DNA of 32,000 nt from Myxococcales bacterium (lineage in GTDB: Bacteria > Myxococcota_A > Polyangia > Polyangiales > Polyangiaceae). The notes beneath the pieces were generated by a model. The model saw nothing but the letters and a program-made list of their open reading frames with translations. It was not told the origin of the DNA and ran no database searches. Position 1 is the stretch's first letter; each line of letters opens with the position of its first letter. Location: positions 39,740 through 71,739 of the forward strand of contig SECP01000038.1 in assembly GCA_004193285.1 (NCBI GenBank), in the 5' to 3' direction. Both the position numbers and the translations under genes were made by a program. Positions 24,655-32,000 of this stretch are shown piece after piece.

Positions 24655-26517
24655 ATGTCAGGCGCTGCTCGCGCTCATTCAGGGAGCTTTCCCGCCCTAT
24701 CCGCGGCGGAGATCGTGCCCCAAGACCATTACGCCAGGCTGCTCGATACCAAGCGCCTCTCGGCGCTCGCCGAGACCGGCATGCTGGACTCCGAGGCCGA
24801 GGCCGCGTTCGACCGCTTCACGAGGCTGGCGGCGCGGCTCTTGAGCGTACCGACCGCTCTCATCTCGCTGGTCGACGACAAGCGCCAGTTCTTCAAGAGC
24901 CAAGTCGGTTTGGGGGAGCCCTGGTCCAGCCAGCGCGAAACTCCGCTATCCCACTCCTTCTGCCAGTACGCGGTCAGCTCCGCGAAGCCGCTCGTCGTGG
25001 CCGACGCTCGCGAGCACCCCTGGTTGAAGCACAACCTAGCGACGAGCGAGCTCGGCGTCGTTGCTTACGCGGGCGTGCCCCTCGTCACCTCCGACGAACA
25101 GGTATTGGGCGCGCTTTGCGTGCTGCAACCCGAGCCGCGAGCCTGGAGTGACGAGGAGATAGCGACTCTGCGCGACCTGGGCTCGATGACGATGACCGAG
25201 CTCGAGCTGCGCACGCAGCTGGCAAGATCGAAAGCCCTGCGCGCCGAGCGCGCCAAAGAGCGGAACCTGCTCTACGCGATCTTGGACGCCATCGACGACG
25301 CGATCGTGGTCACGCGCAGAGACGGCAAAGTCATGCTGGCGAACCCTGCCGCACGCAGGCTGCGCACCCCTGACTTGGTGGAATCCGACAGCGAAGCGCC
25401 GCCCTCCCGTGTGCTGGCGGCGGACGGTTCGGCGGCGTCCCCAGCTCAGGGCACCCCGTCGACGCGGGCCCTTCGCGGGGAGGAAGTGCGCCACGTAGAG
25501 CTGCTCGTGCGAGCGCCGGGCGAGCCCGAGGTGCACCAAAGTGTGCACGCGACGCCGCTCCGAGACGACAACGGCGAGGTGTTCGCGGCCGTCAGCGTCG
25601 GTCGGGACGTGACCAAGGCCCGCGAGATGCAAGCCGCGCTGGTGCGCAGCGAGGCCGTCCTGCAAGGGGTCGTGCGCAACCTGCCGAACGGCGCGGTCCT
25701 GCTCTTCGATCGCGACTTACGGTACGTGATGGCCGACGGCGAGCAGCTGCTGAGCAGCATCGGTCTTCGTCGGGAAGACTTGGTCGGGCGCACCTTCAGA
25801 GAAGTGAGCCGGCCCGAAGGCGCGGCGGAGGTGGAGGCGCTGTACCGAGCCGCGCTCACCGGTGAGTCGCGCATGATCGAGCTCCACCGCGCCGACAAGG
25901 TGTTCGCGCTCACGGCCACTCCCGTGCGCGACGCAGCAGGCGTGGTGACCGCCGGCCTTGCGCTTGTCTACGACGTCACGGCGCACAAGCAGGCCGAGGC
26001 GATGGTCCGCCGGGAAGCGGAGGCGATGCGCAGCCAATCCGTGCGCGACGAGCTGACCGGCTTGTACAACCGACGCGGCTTCTTGGAGCTCGCACGGCAG
26101 CACCTCTCGATAGCAGCGCAGATGGCGCGACCCGCGCTGCTCTTCTTCGTGGACCTGAACGGGATGAAGCGGATCAACGACGAGCTCGGCCACGAGACGG
26201 GTGACCGCGCGTTGAGAGAGACGGCCGAGATCTTGCGCTGCACCTTCCGCACCTCGGACATGCTCGCTCGGCTAGGAGGAGACGAGTTCGTCGCGCTGTT
26301 GATGGACGCCGACGCCAAGCAGCAAGAGGGTTTCGAAACGCGCGTTCAGCGAGAGGTGGAGGCCCGCAACGAGCAACCGGCCCGAGCCTTTCGGCTCTCC
26401 GTGAGCATCGGCGGCGCCGCATTTCAGCCTGAACGACCGCTCACCATCGAGGCGCTGCTCGCCGAGGCCGACGCGCTCATGTACGAACAGAAGCGGGCCC
26501 GCAACGCAGCGCGGTAA
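24655..26517 (+). CDS. Diguanylate cyclase with GAF, two PAS and GGDEF domains
   Basis: I prefer ATG at 24655; TTG at 24625 also lies in frame. GAF region: FDRFTRLAARLLSVPTALISLVDDKRQFFKS..FCQY..VYAGVPL. PAS segments follow. The GGDEF domain reads DELTGLYNRRGF..FVDLNGMKRINDELGH..RTSDMLARLGGDEFV, so an RxxD I-site is present. Confidence 0.9.
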   Translation: MSGAARAHSGSFPALSAAEIVPQDHYARLLDTKRLSALAETGMLDSEAEAAFDRFTRLAARLLSVPTALISLVDDKRQFFKSQVGLGEPWSSQRETPLSHSFCQYAVSSAKPLVVADAREHPWLKHNLATSELGVVAYAGVPLVTSDEQVLGALCVLQPEPRAWSDEEIATLRDLGSMTMTELELRTQLARSKALRAERAKERNLLYAILDAIDDAIVVTRRDGKVMLANPAARRLRTPDLVESDSEAPPSRVLAADGSAASPAQGTPSTRALRGEEVRHVELLVRAPGEPEVHQSVHATPLRDDNGEVFAAVSVGRDVTKAREMQAALVRSEAVLQGVVRNLPNGAVLLFDRDLRYVMADGEQLLSSIGLRREDLVGRTFREVSRPEGAAEVEALYRAALTGESRMIELHRADKVFALTATPVRDAAGVVTAGLALVYDVTAHKQAEAMVRREAEAMRSQSVRDELTGLYNRRGFLELARQHLSIAAQMARPALLFFVDLNGMKRINDELGHETGDRALRETAEILRCTFRTSDMLARLGGDEFVALLMDADAKQQEGFETRVQREVEARNEQPARAFRLSVSIGGAAFQPERPLTIEALLAEADALMYEQKRARNAAR

Positions 26518-26519
26518 GC

Positions 26520-27869
26520 TCAAGGAACCTTGGCATAGAGGGCGCGTGCGGCACGCGCGCCCCGAACGACGCGGGTCGCGACCGGCCCCTTGCCCTTGAG
26601 CTCGCGCACCTGGATGGGTCCGAGGTCGTGAGACGCGGAGAGCGAAGCCGCGAGCTCTTCCGTGACGAGCACCTCGCCGGGCGCGGCCGCGGTTTCGAGC
26701 CGGCTGGCGGTGTTCACGGCGTCGCCCCAAACGTCGTACAAGAGTCGCTCGTGACCGAGGACGCCCCCGATAGCGACCCCCCGCGCGATGCCGACTCGCA
26801 ACGACAGCGCGCGCTGCCGACGGCGTGCCACCGCGAGCACGGCGCGCTGCAGCGCGAGGCCCGCGTCGACCGCGGCCGCGGCGTCGCTCAGGTGCGCTTG
26901 CTCCATGCCGCGCGCGGCCAAGTAGGCGTCGCCCACCGTCTTGATCTTCTCGAGCCGGTGCTCGCGCATGATCTCGTCGAAGCGCGAGAACAGCTCGTTC
27001 AAAATCTCGACCATCTCCGCGGCCGGCAGCTCCGCCGCCAGGTGGGTAAAGCCTGCCAAATCCGCGAACAATATCGTCACATCGGGGTGGGTGTCCGCGA
27101 TCGGGCCGACCCCGCGCCGCAAGCGTTCGGCGATGCGCGGCGGCAGGACGGAGAACAGCACCTCTTCCGTCCGCGCGCGCTCCGCCTCCAGCTGTGCGTG
27201 CTGGCGCGCAATCGTCGCGCGTTGCCCGAAATCCCGCGCCTTGGTGGCGTAGAGCATGCGTGAGAAGAGCACGCACGTGAGCGTGAAGGCGCCGCCGTTC
27301 ACGAGCTGACTGAACGCCAGCGCCGGCCGCGGCAAGAACCAAAGCTGCCCGACGACGAAAGCAGCGAGACCCATCGCGAAGGCTTGCGCGGTCGGCCCCC
27401 GCTTGAACGTCACGAACAGCGCTGCGCACAAACCCACGAGCCAGTAAACGGTGATGCCGGCGCCGATCAGCTGATCCACGCCCGACAGCACGCCCGCCCA
27501 AACGAGTAGGAACGTGAGGAACGCGAACGCAATGCGAGCCCGCGCGACCCGCTCCCGAGCTCGCCAGAGCAGGAGCAGCGTGCTCCCGCTCGCGAGCAGC
27601 ATCGCGACATGCAAGCCCAAGAGCCAGCGCGCCCACACTCGCTCGGTCTCCGGCATTCTCGAAAAATCCAGCACCACGTCGCGCGCGAGCAGTGCAACGT
27701 GCAGCGCGAGCATCAACCAGGCGAAGCCCTTCATTCGCTCGGTCGAGCCGATCGCGAGCTCCACGTGAAACGCTCGCCTGTCCTCGCCTTGGAGAGGCTC
27801 GCCGCGCAGACCCGCCAGCGCGGCGTGTCCGAGGCGCCGCCAGGCGGCGAGGCTCGTGCGGACCGACAT
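26520..27869 (-). CDS. Membrane-anchored class III adenylate/guanylate cyclase
   Basis: I take the start at ATG 27869 (MSVRTSLAAW...). About 6 hydrophobic helices are followed by the CYCc domain: VTILFADLAGFT..FSRFD..KIKTVGDAYLAA..LRVGIARGVAIGGVLG..YDVWGDAVNTASRLE. It is convergent with the previous gene, with stops 2 bp apart. Confidence 0.85.
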   Translation of the reverse strand: MSVRTSLAAWRRLGHAALAGLRGEPLQGEDRRAFHVELAIGSTERMKGFAWLMLALHVALLARDVVLDFSRMPETERVWARWLLGLHVAMLLASGSTLLLLWRARERVARARIAFAFLTFLLVWAGVLSGVDQLIGAGITVYWLVGLCAALFVTFKRGPTAQAFAMGLAAFVVGQLWFLPRPALAFSQLVNGGAFTLTCVLFSRMLYATKARDFGQRATIARQHAQLEAERARTEEVLFSVLPPRIAERLRRGVGPIADTHPDVTILFADLAGFTHLAAELPAAEMVEILNELFSRFDEIMREHRLEKIKTVGDAYLAARGMEQAHLSDAAAAVDAGLALQRAVLAVARRRQRALSLRVGIARGVAIGGVLGHERLLYDVWGDAVNTASRLETAAAPGEVLVTEELAASLSASHDLGPIQVRELKGKGPVATRVVRGARAARALYAKVP

Positions 27870-27973
27870 GGCGACGCCAGTATGCCTCCCTCTGCGCCGC
27901 TGGAACGGGCAATTCCCGGGAATTCGCCCGGCCCGAAACATTTCGGAACGAAACCGGCCTACAAACTCGAGTC

Positions 27974-28933
27974 GTGTCCAAGCGCCGAACCGCCGCCGGC
28001 TCGCCCCCTGCGGTCCCATCGAACGGCCTGCAGCGGTGGCGGCTCCAACCCCCCAGCATCTTTTCTTACCTGGACGCAGTCGCGCACCACGGCTCAATCC
28101 GCAAAGCCGCTGACGCCCTGCACATTGCCTCATCCGCGCTCAACCGGCGGATCCTGGACCTCGAGGAGGACGTCGGCTCGCCTCTGTTCGAGCGCTTGCC
28201 ACGCGGCGTGCGCGCCACCGCCGCCGGCGAGCTCTTCCTCGCCTACGTGCGACGCTCCCTCAAGGAGCTGCGCTTGGTCGAGGCGCAGATCGACGGCCTG
28301 CGCGGCCTCGTGCGCGGGCGCGTGCACATCGCCGTCGCAGAGTCCGTCACCGGGCGCATGCTGCCGGATGCCATCGCCGAGTACCACCAGCGCCATCCGG
28401 GAGTTGGCTTCGCGGTCACGGTAGGCGGCCCACGTGAGCTCTCGGCGGCGCTCTCGCGCGACAAGGCCGATCTCATCTTAACTCACGAGAACCAGGACGA
28501 AGGCAACGTCGTCACCCTGGCCGAGGTTCCCCAGCCGCTATGCGCGCTCGTATCCCCCGAGCACCCGCTCGCGGCGCGCACCTCCTTGCGCCTGCGCGAG
28601 TGCGTCGCCTACCCCCTCGCCATGCCGGACGAGACCCTCGCCGCCCGGGCCCTCATCGAATCCGCCCTCGGCCACGCCTCGATCCGCTTCGAACCCGCGC
28701 TCGTCTCCAACTCCATCGAGACGACCAAGATGTTCGCCCGCACCTCTGGCGGCGTCTGCTTCTCCTTCAAGATCGGCAAGAAGCCGGACGTATCCGGCAT
28801 GGTGACGATTCCGCTCAGCGACCCCGTGCTCGCGGACGCCAGGCTCCGCCTATGTGGCCGCCGTGGACGCGTCCTGCCCGTCGCCGCCGCCGCCTTCGCC
28901 GAACAACTCACGGCCCTCTTCGAAGAGCTCTAA
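27974..28933 (+). CDS. LysR-family transcriptional regulator
   Basis: The HTH block reads IFSYLDAVAHHGSIRKAADALHIASSALNRRILDLEEDVGSPLFERLPRGVRATAAGE, followed by a typical LysR substrate-binding domain. There is no in-frame ATG before the HTH, so GTG at 27974 is my best guess and the start is uncertain by tens of nt. It is divergent from the cyclase gene with about 100 bp between starts. Confidence 0.82.
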   Translation: MSKRRTAAGSPPAVPSNGLQRWRLQPPSIFSYLDAVAHHGSIRKAADALHIASSALNRRILDLEEDVGSPLFERLPRGVRATAAGELFLAYVRRSLKELRLVEAQIDGLRGLVRGRVHIAVAESVTGRMLPDAIAEYHQRHPGVGFAVTVGGPRELSAALSRDKADLILTHENQDEGNVVTLAEVPQPLCALVSPEHPLAARTSLRLRECVAYPLAMPDETLAARALIESALGHASIRFEPALVSNSIETTKMFARTSGGVCFSFKIGKKPDVSGMVTIPLSDPVLADARLRLCGRRGRVLPVAAAAFAEQLTALFEEL

Positions 28934-29002
28934 ACCTCGCAACGTACCGAAAGCAGCCGACGCCAGATTCGCGGCAGCGGCTGCTGCTCCGCAGCCCGTG
29001 TG

Positions 29003-29037
29003 CTTCTCGGCTTCTCGGTTTCTTCTCGGCTTCTCGG
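29003..29037. repeat. Octamer CTTCTCGG x4 (short tandem repeat) at the left edge of the second array
   Basis: CTTCTCGG occurs at 29003, 29011, 29022 and 29030. Confidence 0.85.
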
Positions 29038-29045
29038 CTTCCTTC

Positions 29046-30050
29046 CACTGCGCCGGGGACACCCTTTCCTCACTCGATTGATTCTTCGGATCCGAAGTCT
29101 CTCGTGCCGCGGCGCGAGTCCGGATTGCAAACTCATGCGCTTCACTCAACCGAGGCACGTCTGACGGACACTTCGGATTCGAAGAACCATCCCAGCCGCA
29201 ACACCCCTCCTCCGCGGCTCGAAGCAGAGACTCTCGGCGGCACGCGGTGCCGCGGCAAACGGCTGGCCGACTTCCGCCGGCGCCGGGGACACCCTTTCCT
29301 CACTCGATTGATTCTTCGGATCCGAAGTCTCTCCTGCCGCGGTGCGAGTCCGGATTGCAAACTCATGCGCTTCACTCGACCGAGGCACGTCTGACGGACA
29401 CTTCGGATTCGAAGAACCATCCCAGCCGCAATACCCCTCCTCCGCGGCTCGAAGCAGAGACTCTCGGCGGCATGCGGTGCCGGGCAAACTGCTGGCCGAC
29501 TTCCGCCGGCGCCGGGGACACCCTTTCCTCACTCGATTGATTCTTCGGATCCGAAGTCTCTCGTGCCGCGGCGCGAGTCGGGGCCGCAAACTCATGCGCT
29601 TCGCCCAACCGAGTCGGGTCTGACGGACACTTCGGATTCGAAGAACCGTCCGAGCCGCGAGAGCCCTCCCCTCGCGTCGAAGCAAAAATTCTCGGCGGCG
29701 CGCGTTGCTGGCAAACGGCGGCCGACGTCCGCGGCGCTCGGGACACCCTTTCCTCACTCGATTGATTCTTCGGATCCGAAGTCTCTCGTGCCGCGGCGCG
29801 AGTCCGGGCCGCAAACTCATGCGCTTCACTCAACCGAGGCGCCTCTGACGGACACTTCGGATTCGAAGAACCATCCGAGCCGCGAGAGCCCTCGTCCGCG
29901 TGTCGGGCGGCGTGGCGAGTGCGGATTGCAAACGTGATGAGCTTCGCTCAACCGAGTCGGGTCTGACGGACACTTCGGATTCGAAGAAGCATTGGAGCCG
30001 CAAGAGTCCTCCCCGCGTGTCGGGCGGCGCTGCGAACGCGGGCCGCAACA
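29046..30050. repeat. Tandem array, about 220-240-bp unit x4 plus about 1.5 extra half-units, non-coding
   Basis: The perfect palindrome CTTCGGATCCGAAG occurs at 29084, 29324, 29543 and 29768. The near-palindrome CTTCGGATTCGAAG occurs at 29171, 29401, 29630, 29855 and 29973. Units begin ggggacaccctttcctcactcgattgatt and are near-identical, with scattered substitutions and 1-bp indels. Confidence 0.95.
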
Positions 30051-30181
30051 ATCTCGAAGGTATTTGGAAACAGTCAACGCGGACTAAAGAGGCGGCGGGC
30101 AGGGCGGCGACTTCTCTGCGCGCGCGGAAAGAGCTGACAGAGCGGAGAGCCAGGTGCTGCGTGCGTCCATCGGCGGCGGAT

Positions 30182-30310
30182 GGAGAGCGGAGAGCGAAGA
30201 GAGCGGAGAGCAGGCGGGGCGAAGAGCGGAGAGCGGAGAGCAGACAGGGCGAAGAGCGAAGAGCGGAGAGCAGACAGACAGGGCGGAGAGCGGAGAGCGG
30301 AGAGCAGACA
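30182..30310. repeat. Purine-rich heptamer repeats (GGAGAGC / GAAGAGC) in triplet blocks separated by AGACAGGGC-like spacers
   Basis: ggagagcggagagcgaagaga..gaagagcggagagcggagagcagacagggcgaagagcgaagagcggagagcagacagacagggcggagagcggagagcggagagcagacagggggg. GGAGAGC is the complement of the GCTCTCC heptamers at 19.1 kb. Confidence 0.9.
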
Positions 30311-30562
30311 GGGGGGAAGAGAAGAAGCGTGTGGGGGCGCGGGGTGAAAGTCTGGGGGGCACGCGGGTGTGGTCGGCGGGATCGTGAGCGAGCGGATTTG
30401 GAGCGCGGGCTGTACGTGGATTGGCGCTGGTCGCCAACGCAGTGTGGGCGTAGACGACTAGCGTAGTGATTTTTGCACTCTGCCACTGCGGGCAGAGACC
30501 TTCTGACGCGAATCACGCCGACAACTAACGAAAACGCTTCCGAAACAATCGCGAAGCGGGAG

Positions 30563-30576
30563 CGCGCACGTGCGCG
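30563..30576. promoter_or_regulatory. Perfect 14-bp palindrome CGCGCACGTGCGCG just upstream of the permease SD (candidate operator)
   Basis: It is self-complementary over 14 nt. It ends 9 nt before GGAGG (30586-30590) and 22 nt before the ATG at 30599. Confidence 0.3.
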
Positions 30577-30598
30577 GTGTGAACCGGAGGACAACAAG

Positions 30599-32000
30599 AT
30601 GACTGAAAGCACGAAACCAAAGCTATGGACGCCCGGAGACTGGAACGCGTACTTCGGGTTCGGAACGAACATTTTAGTCAACTTGCTGGTGCTCACGACG
30701 CTCCTGCGCTTCGTGCTCAAGATGCCGGACGCCATCGTGTTCGGGCGTATTTTGCCTGCTACCGGGCTGATGTTGTGCCTGAGCACGGTTTACTACGCTT
30801 GGCTGGCTTACAAGCTGGCGGAGAAGACGGGGCGTAAGGACGTGTGCGCGTTGCCTTCGGGCATCAGCGTGCCGCACATGTTCGTGGTCGTGTTCGTGAT
30901 CATGCTGCCGATCGCGACGAAGACCGGCGACCCGATCAAGGGTTGGGAGGCGGGCCTCACCTGGGTGTTCGTGCAGAGCTTCGTGCTCATGGCGGGCGGC
31001 TTCATCGCGCCCATCATCCGGAAGATCACCCCGCGCGCAGCGCTCCTGGGAACGCTGGCCGGCGTCTCCGTTTCGTTCATCTCGATGCGCCCCGCTCTCG
31101 AGATGTTCATGACCCCGGTGATCGGTCTCATCTGCTTCACGATCATCTTGGCGAGCTGGTTCGGCGGCGTGCGCTACTTCAAGGGCATTCCGGCGGGCCT
31201 GGTCGCCATTGCGGTCGGTAGCTTGATCGCGTGGGGCTCCACGGCGCTCGGCTACAACTTCGGTGGTATGTCGACGGCGAACCTGGCCGCGTCATTCTCC
31301 AACTTCGGCTTCAGCGTGCCGCTGCCGGCCTTCGATCACGTGTTTTCCGGCTTTCAGTTCCTCGGCGTGATCTTGGTGACCGCAATTCCGTTCGGCATCT
31401 ACGACTTGGTGGAGGCGCTGGACAACGTCGAGAGCGCGGCCGTCGCAGGCGACGACTTTCCGACTACGCGGGTGCTCACGGCGGACGGCGTGGTCAGCCT
31501 CATCGGCTGCTGCATGGGCAATCCGTTCATCAACGCGGTGTACATCGGCCACCCGGGGTGGAAGGCGATGGGCGGACGCATCGGCTACTCCGCGGCCACC
31601 GGCGTCACCGTGATCGTGCTGGCCTGGCTGGGCATCATCAGCGTGATGTCTTCGCTGGTGCCGGTCGTCGCGATTTCACCGATTCTGCTCTACATTGGCA
31701 TGCTCATCGGCTCGCAAGCCTTTCAAGAGAGCCCGCGCGCTCACGCTCCGGCGATCGTGCTCGCGATCGTTCCTCACCTCGCCGCGTGGGGTAAGCTCAT
31801 GATCGACAACTCGCTCGGCGCGGCCGGCACCAGCGCGCATGCGCTCGGCCTCGACAAGCTGGGACAGGTGGGCGTTCTGTATCACGGCCTCGAGGTCCTC
31901 GGCGGCGGCTCGATCTTGGGCGGCGTCATGCTGGGAGCGATCGCGGCCTTCATCATCGATCGCGCCTTCACGAAAGCAGCCGCATTCGCGGCCGCCTCCG
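30599..32000 (+). CDS. AzgA/NCS2-like nucleobase (xanthine/uracil family) permease; 3' end outside window; not present in the supplied ORF track
   Basis: ATG at 30599 with GGAGG 8 nt upstream. My own translation stays open to the window end (467 codons): MTESTKPKLWTPGDWNAYFGFGTNILVNLLVLTTLLRFVLKMP...LPSGISVPHMFVVVFVIMLP...IPFGIYDLVEALDNVESAAVAGDDFPTTRVLTADGVVSLIGCCMGNPFINAVYIGHPGWKAMGGRIGYS.... It is polytopic with strong GC3 bias. The pattern resembles the COG2252-type permease subgroup as I recall it. Confidence 0.72.
   Translation, partial: MTESTKPKLWTPGDWNAYFGFGTNILVNLLVLTTLLRFVLKMPDAIVFGRILPATGLMLCLSTVYYAWLAYKLAEKTGRKDVCALPSGISVPHMFVVVFVIMLPIATKTGDPIKGWEAGLTWVFVQSFVLMAGGFIAPIIRKITPRAALLGTLAGVSVSFISMRPALEMFMTPVIGLICFTIILASWFGGVRYFKGIPAGLVAIAVGSLIAWGSTALGYNFGGMSTANLAASFSNFGFSVPLPAFDHVFSGFQFLGVILVTAIPFGIYDLVEALDNVESAAVAGDDFPTTRVLTADGVVSLIGCCMGNPFINAVYIGHPGWKAMGGRIGYSAATGVTVIVLAWLGIISVMSSLVPVVAISPILLYIGMLIGSQAFQESPRAHAPAIVLAIVPHLAAWGKLMIDNSLGAAGTSAHALGLDKLGQVGVLYHGLEVLGGGSILGGVMLGAIAAFIIDRAFTKAAAFAAAS

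Noticed and set aside
26272-28059. 595-aa minus-strand ORF overlapping the cyclase gene in another frame
   Set aside because: The 26520..27869 frame carries the class III cyclase motifs and TM helices. The 26272..28059 frame is Arg/Ala/Gly-rich noise that also overlaps the end of the GGDEF gene.
28540-29394. 284-aa + strand ORF extending from inside the LysR gene into the array
   Set aside because: It is out of frame with the well-supported LysR CDS, is Arg/Pro-rich, and continues into repeat DNA. This is a high-GC artefact.
28930-30077. Minus-strand ORFs in the second array encoding Arg-rich peptides (KRMSLQSGLAPRHERLRIRRINRVRKGCP...), one per unit with GTGA stop/start overlaps
   Set aside because: The idea is tempting because each unit carries a similar ORF. 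However, 1-bp indels between units change the downstream frame (KSASRLPRHRV... against KSASSLPGTACRR...). GC3 is only about two thirds by my count. Rare codons (AGA, AGG, CGA, AAT, CTT) are frequent. The peptide similarity just mirrors DNA identity.
30320-30598. Purine riboswitch upstream of the nucleobase permease
   Set aside because: I could not find the conserved three-way-junction core sequences or a convincing expression platform. Only the 14-bp palindrome stands out, and it is reported separately.

Overview
This is a very GC-rich bacterial chromosomal segment. Gene content and style suggest a myxobacterium of the Polyangiales/Sorangiineae type; that is inference only. I support about 19 protein-coding genes:

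- **Metabolism and transport:** two convergent aldo-keto reductases, a DUF4336 / ABC-ATPase / giant CPBP-protease membrane protein operon, a YceI protein, and an AzgA/NCS2-like permease that runs off the 3' edge and is missing from the ORF track.
- **Secreted proteins:** a Gly-rich GQGGF-repeat lipoprotein, a second lipoprotein, a PL1 pectate lyase and a divergent secreted beta-helix protein.
- **Signalling:** a PAS hybrid histidine kinase, a CHASE3-PAS-GGDEF cyclase, a GAF-PAS-GGDEF cyclase, a membrane class III nucleotide cyclase and a divergent LysR regulator.
- **DNA metabolism:** a DnaQ-like/GIY-YIG (Cho/UvrC-like) nuclease fusion and a 1429-aa Lhr helicase.

The most unusual content is non-coding. 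There are two long gene-free gaps, about 3.3 kb at 16338-19647 and about 1.7 kb at 28934-30598, both filled with structured tandem repeats.

- **Gap 1:** 15 units of about 110 bp, each carrying a GTCGAC...CCCACGTGGG...TGAGCTCA palindrome cluster. A condensed array of the same core at about 29-bp period follows, then an 11x perfect heptamer microsatellite.
- **Gap 2:** four units of about 220-240 bp plus about 1.5 half units, built around a perfect 14-bp palindrome CTTCGGATCCGAAG and a near-palindrome CTTCGGATTCGAAG. A purine-rich heptamer block follows.
- **Link between gaps:** the 14-bp palindrome element also sits at the left edge of gap 1.

Neither array has CRISPR architecture, codes for protein, or is associated with a transposase or cas gene. 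I read them as candidate protein-binding (centromere/iteron-like) or structured-RNA arrays of unknown function. No rRNA, tRNA, IS element or prophage gene was recognised.
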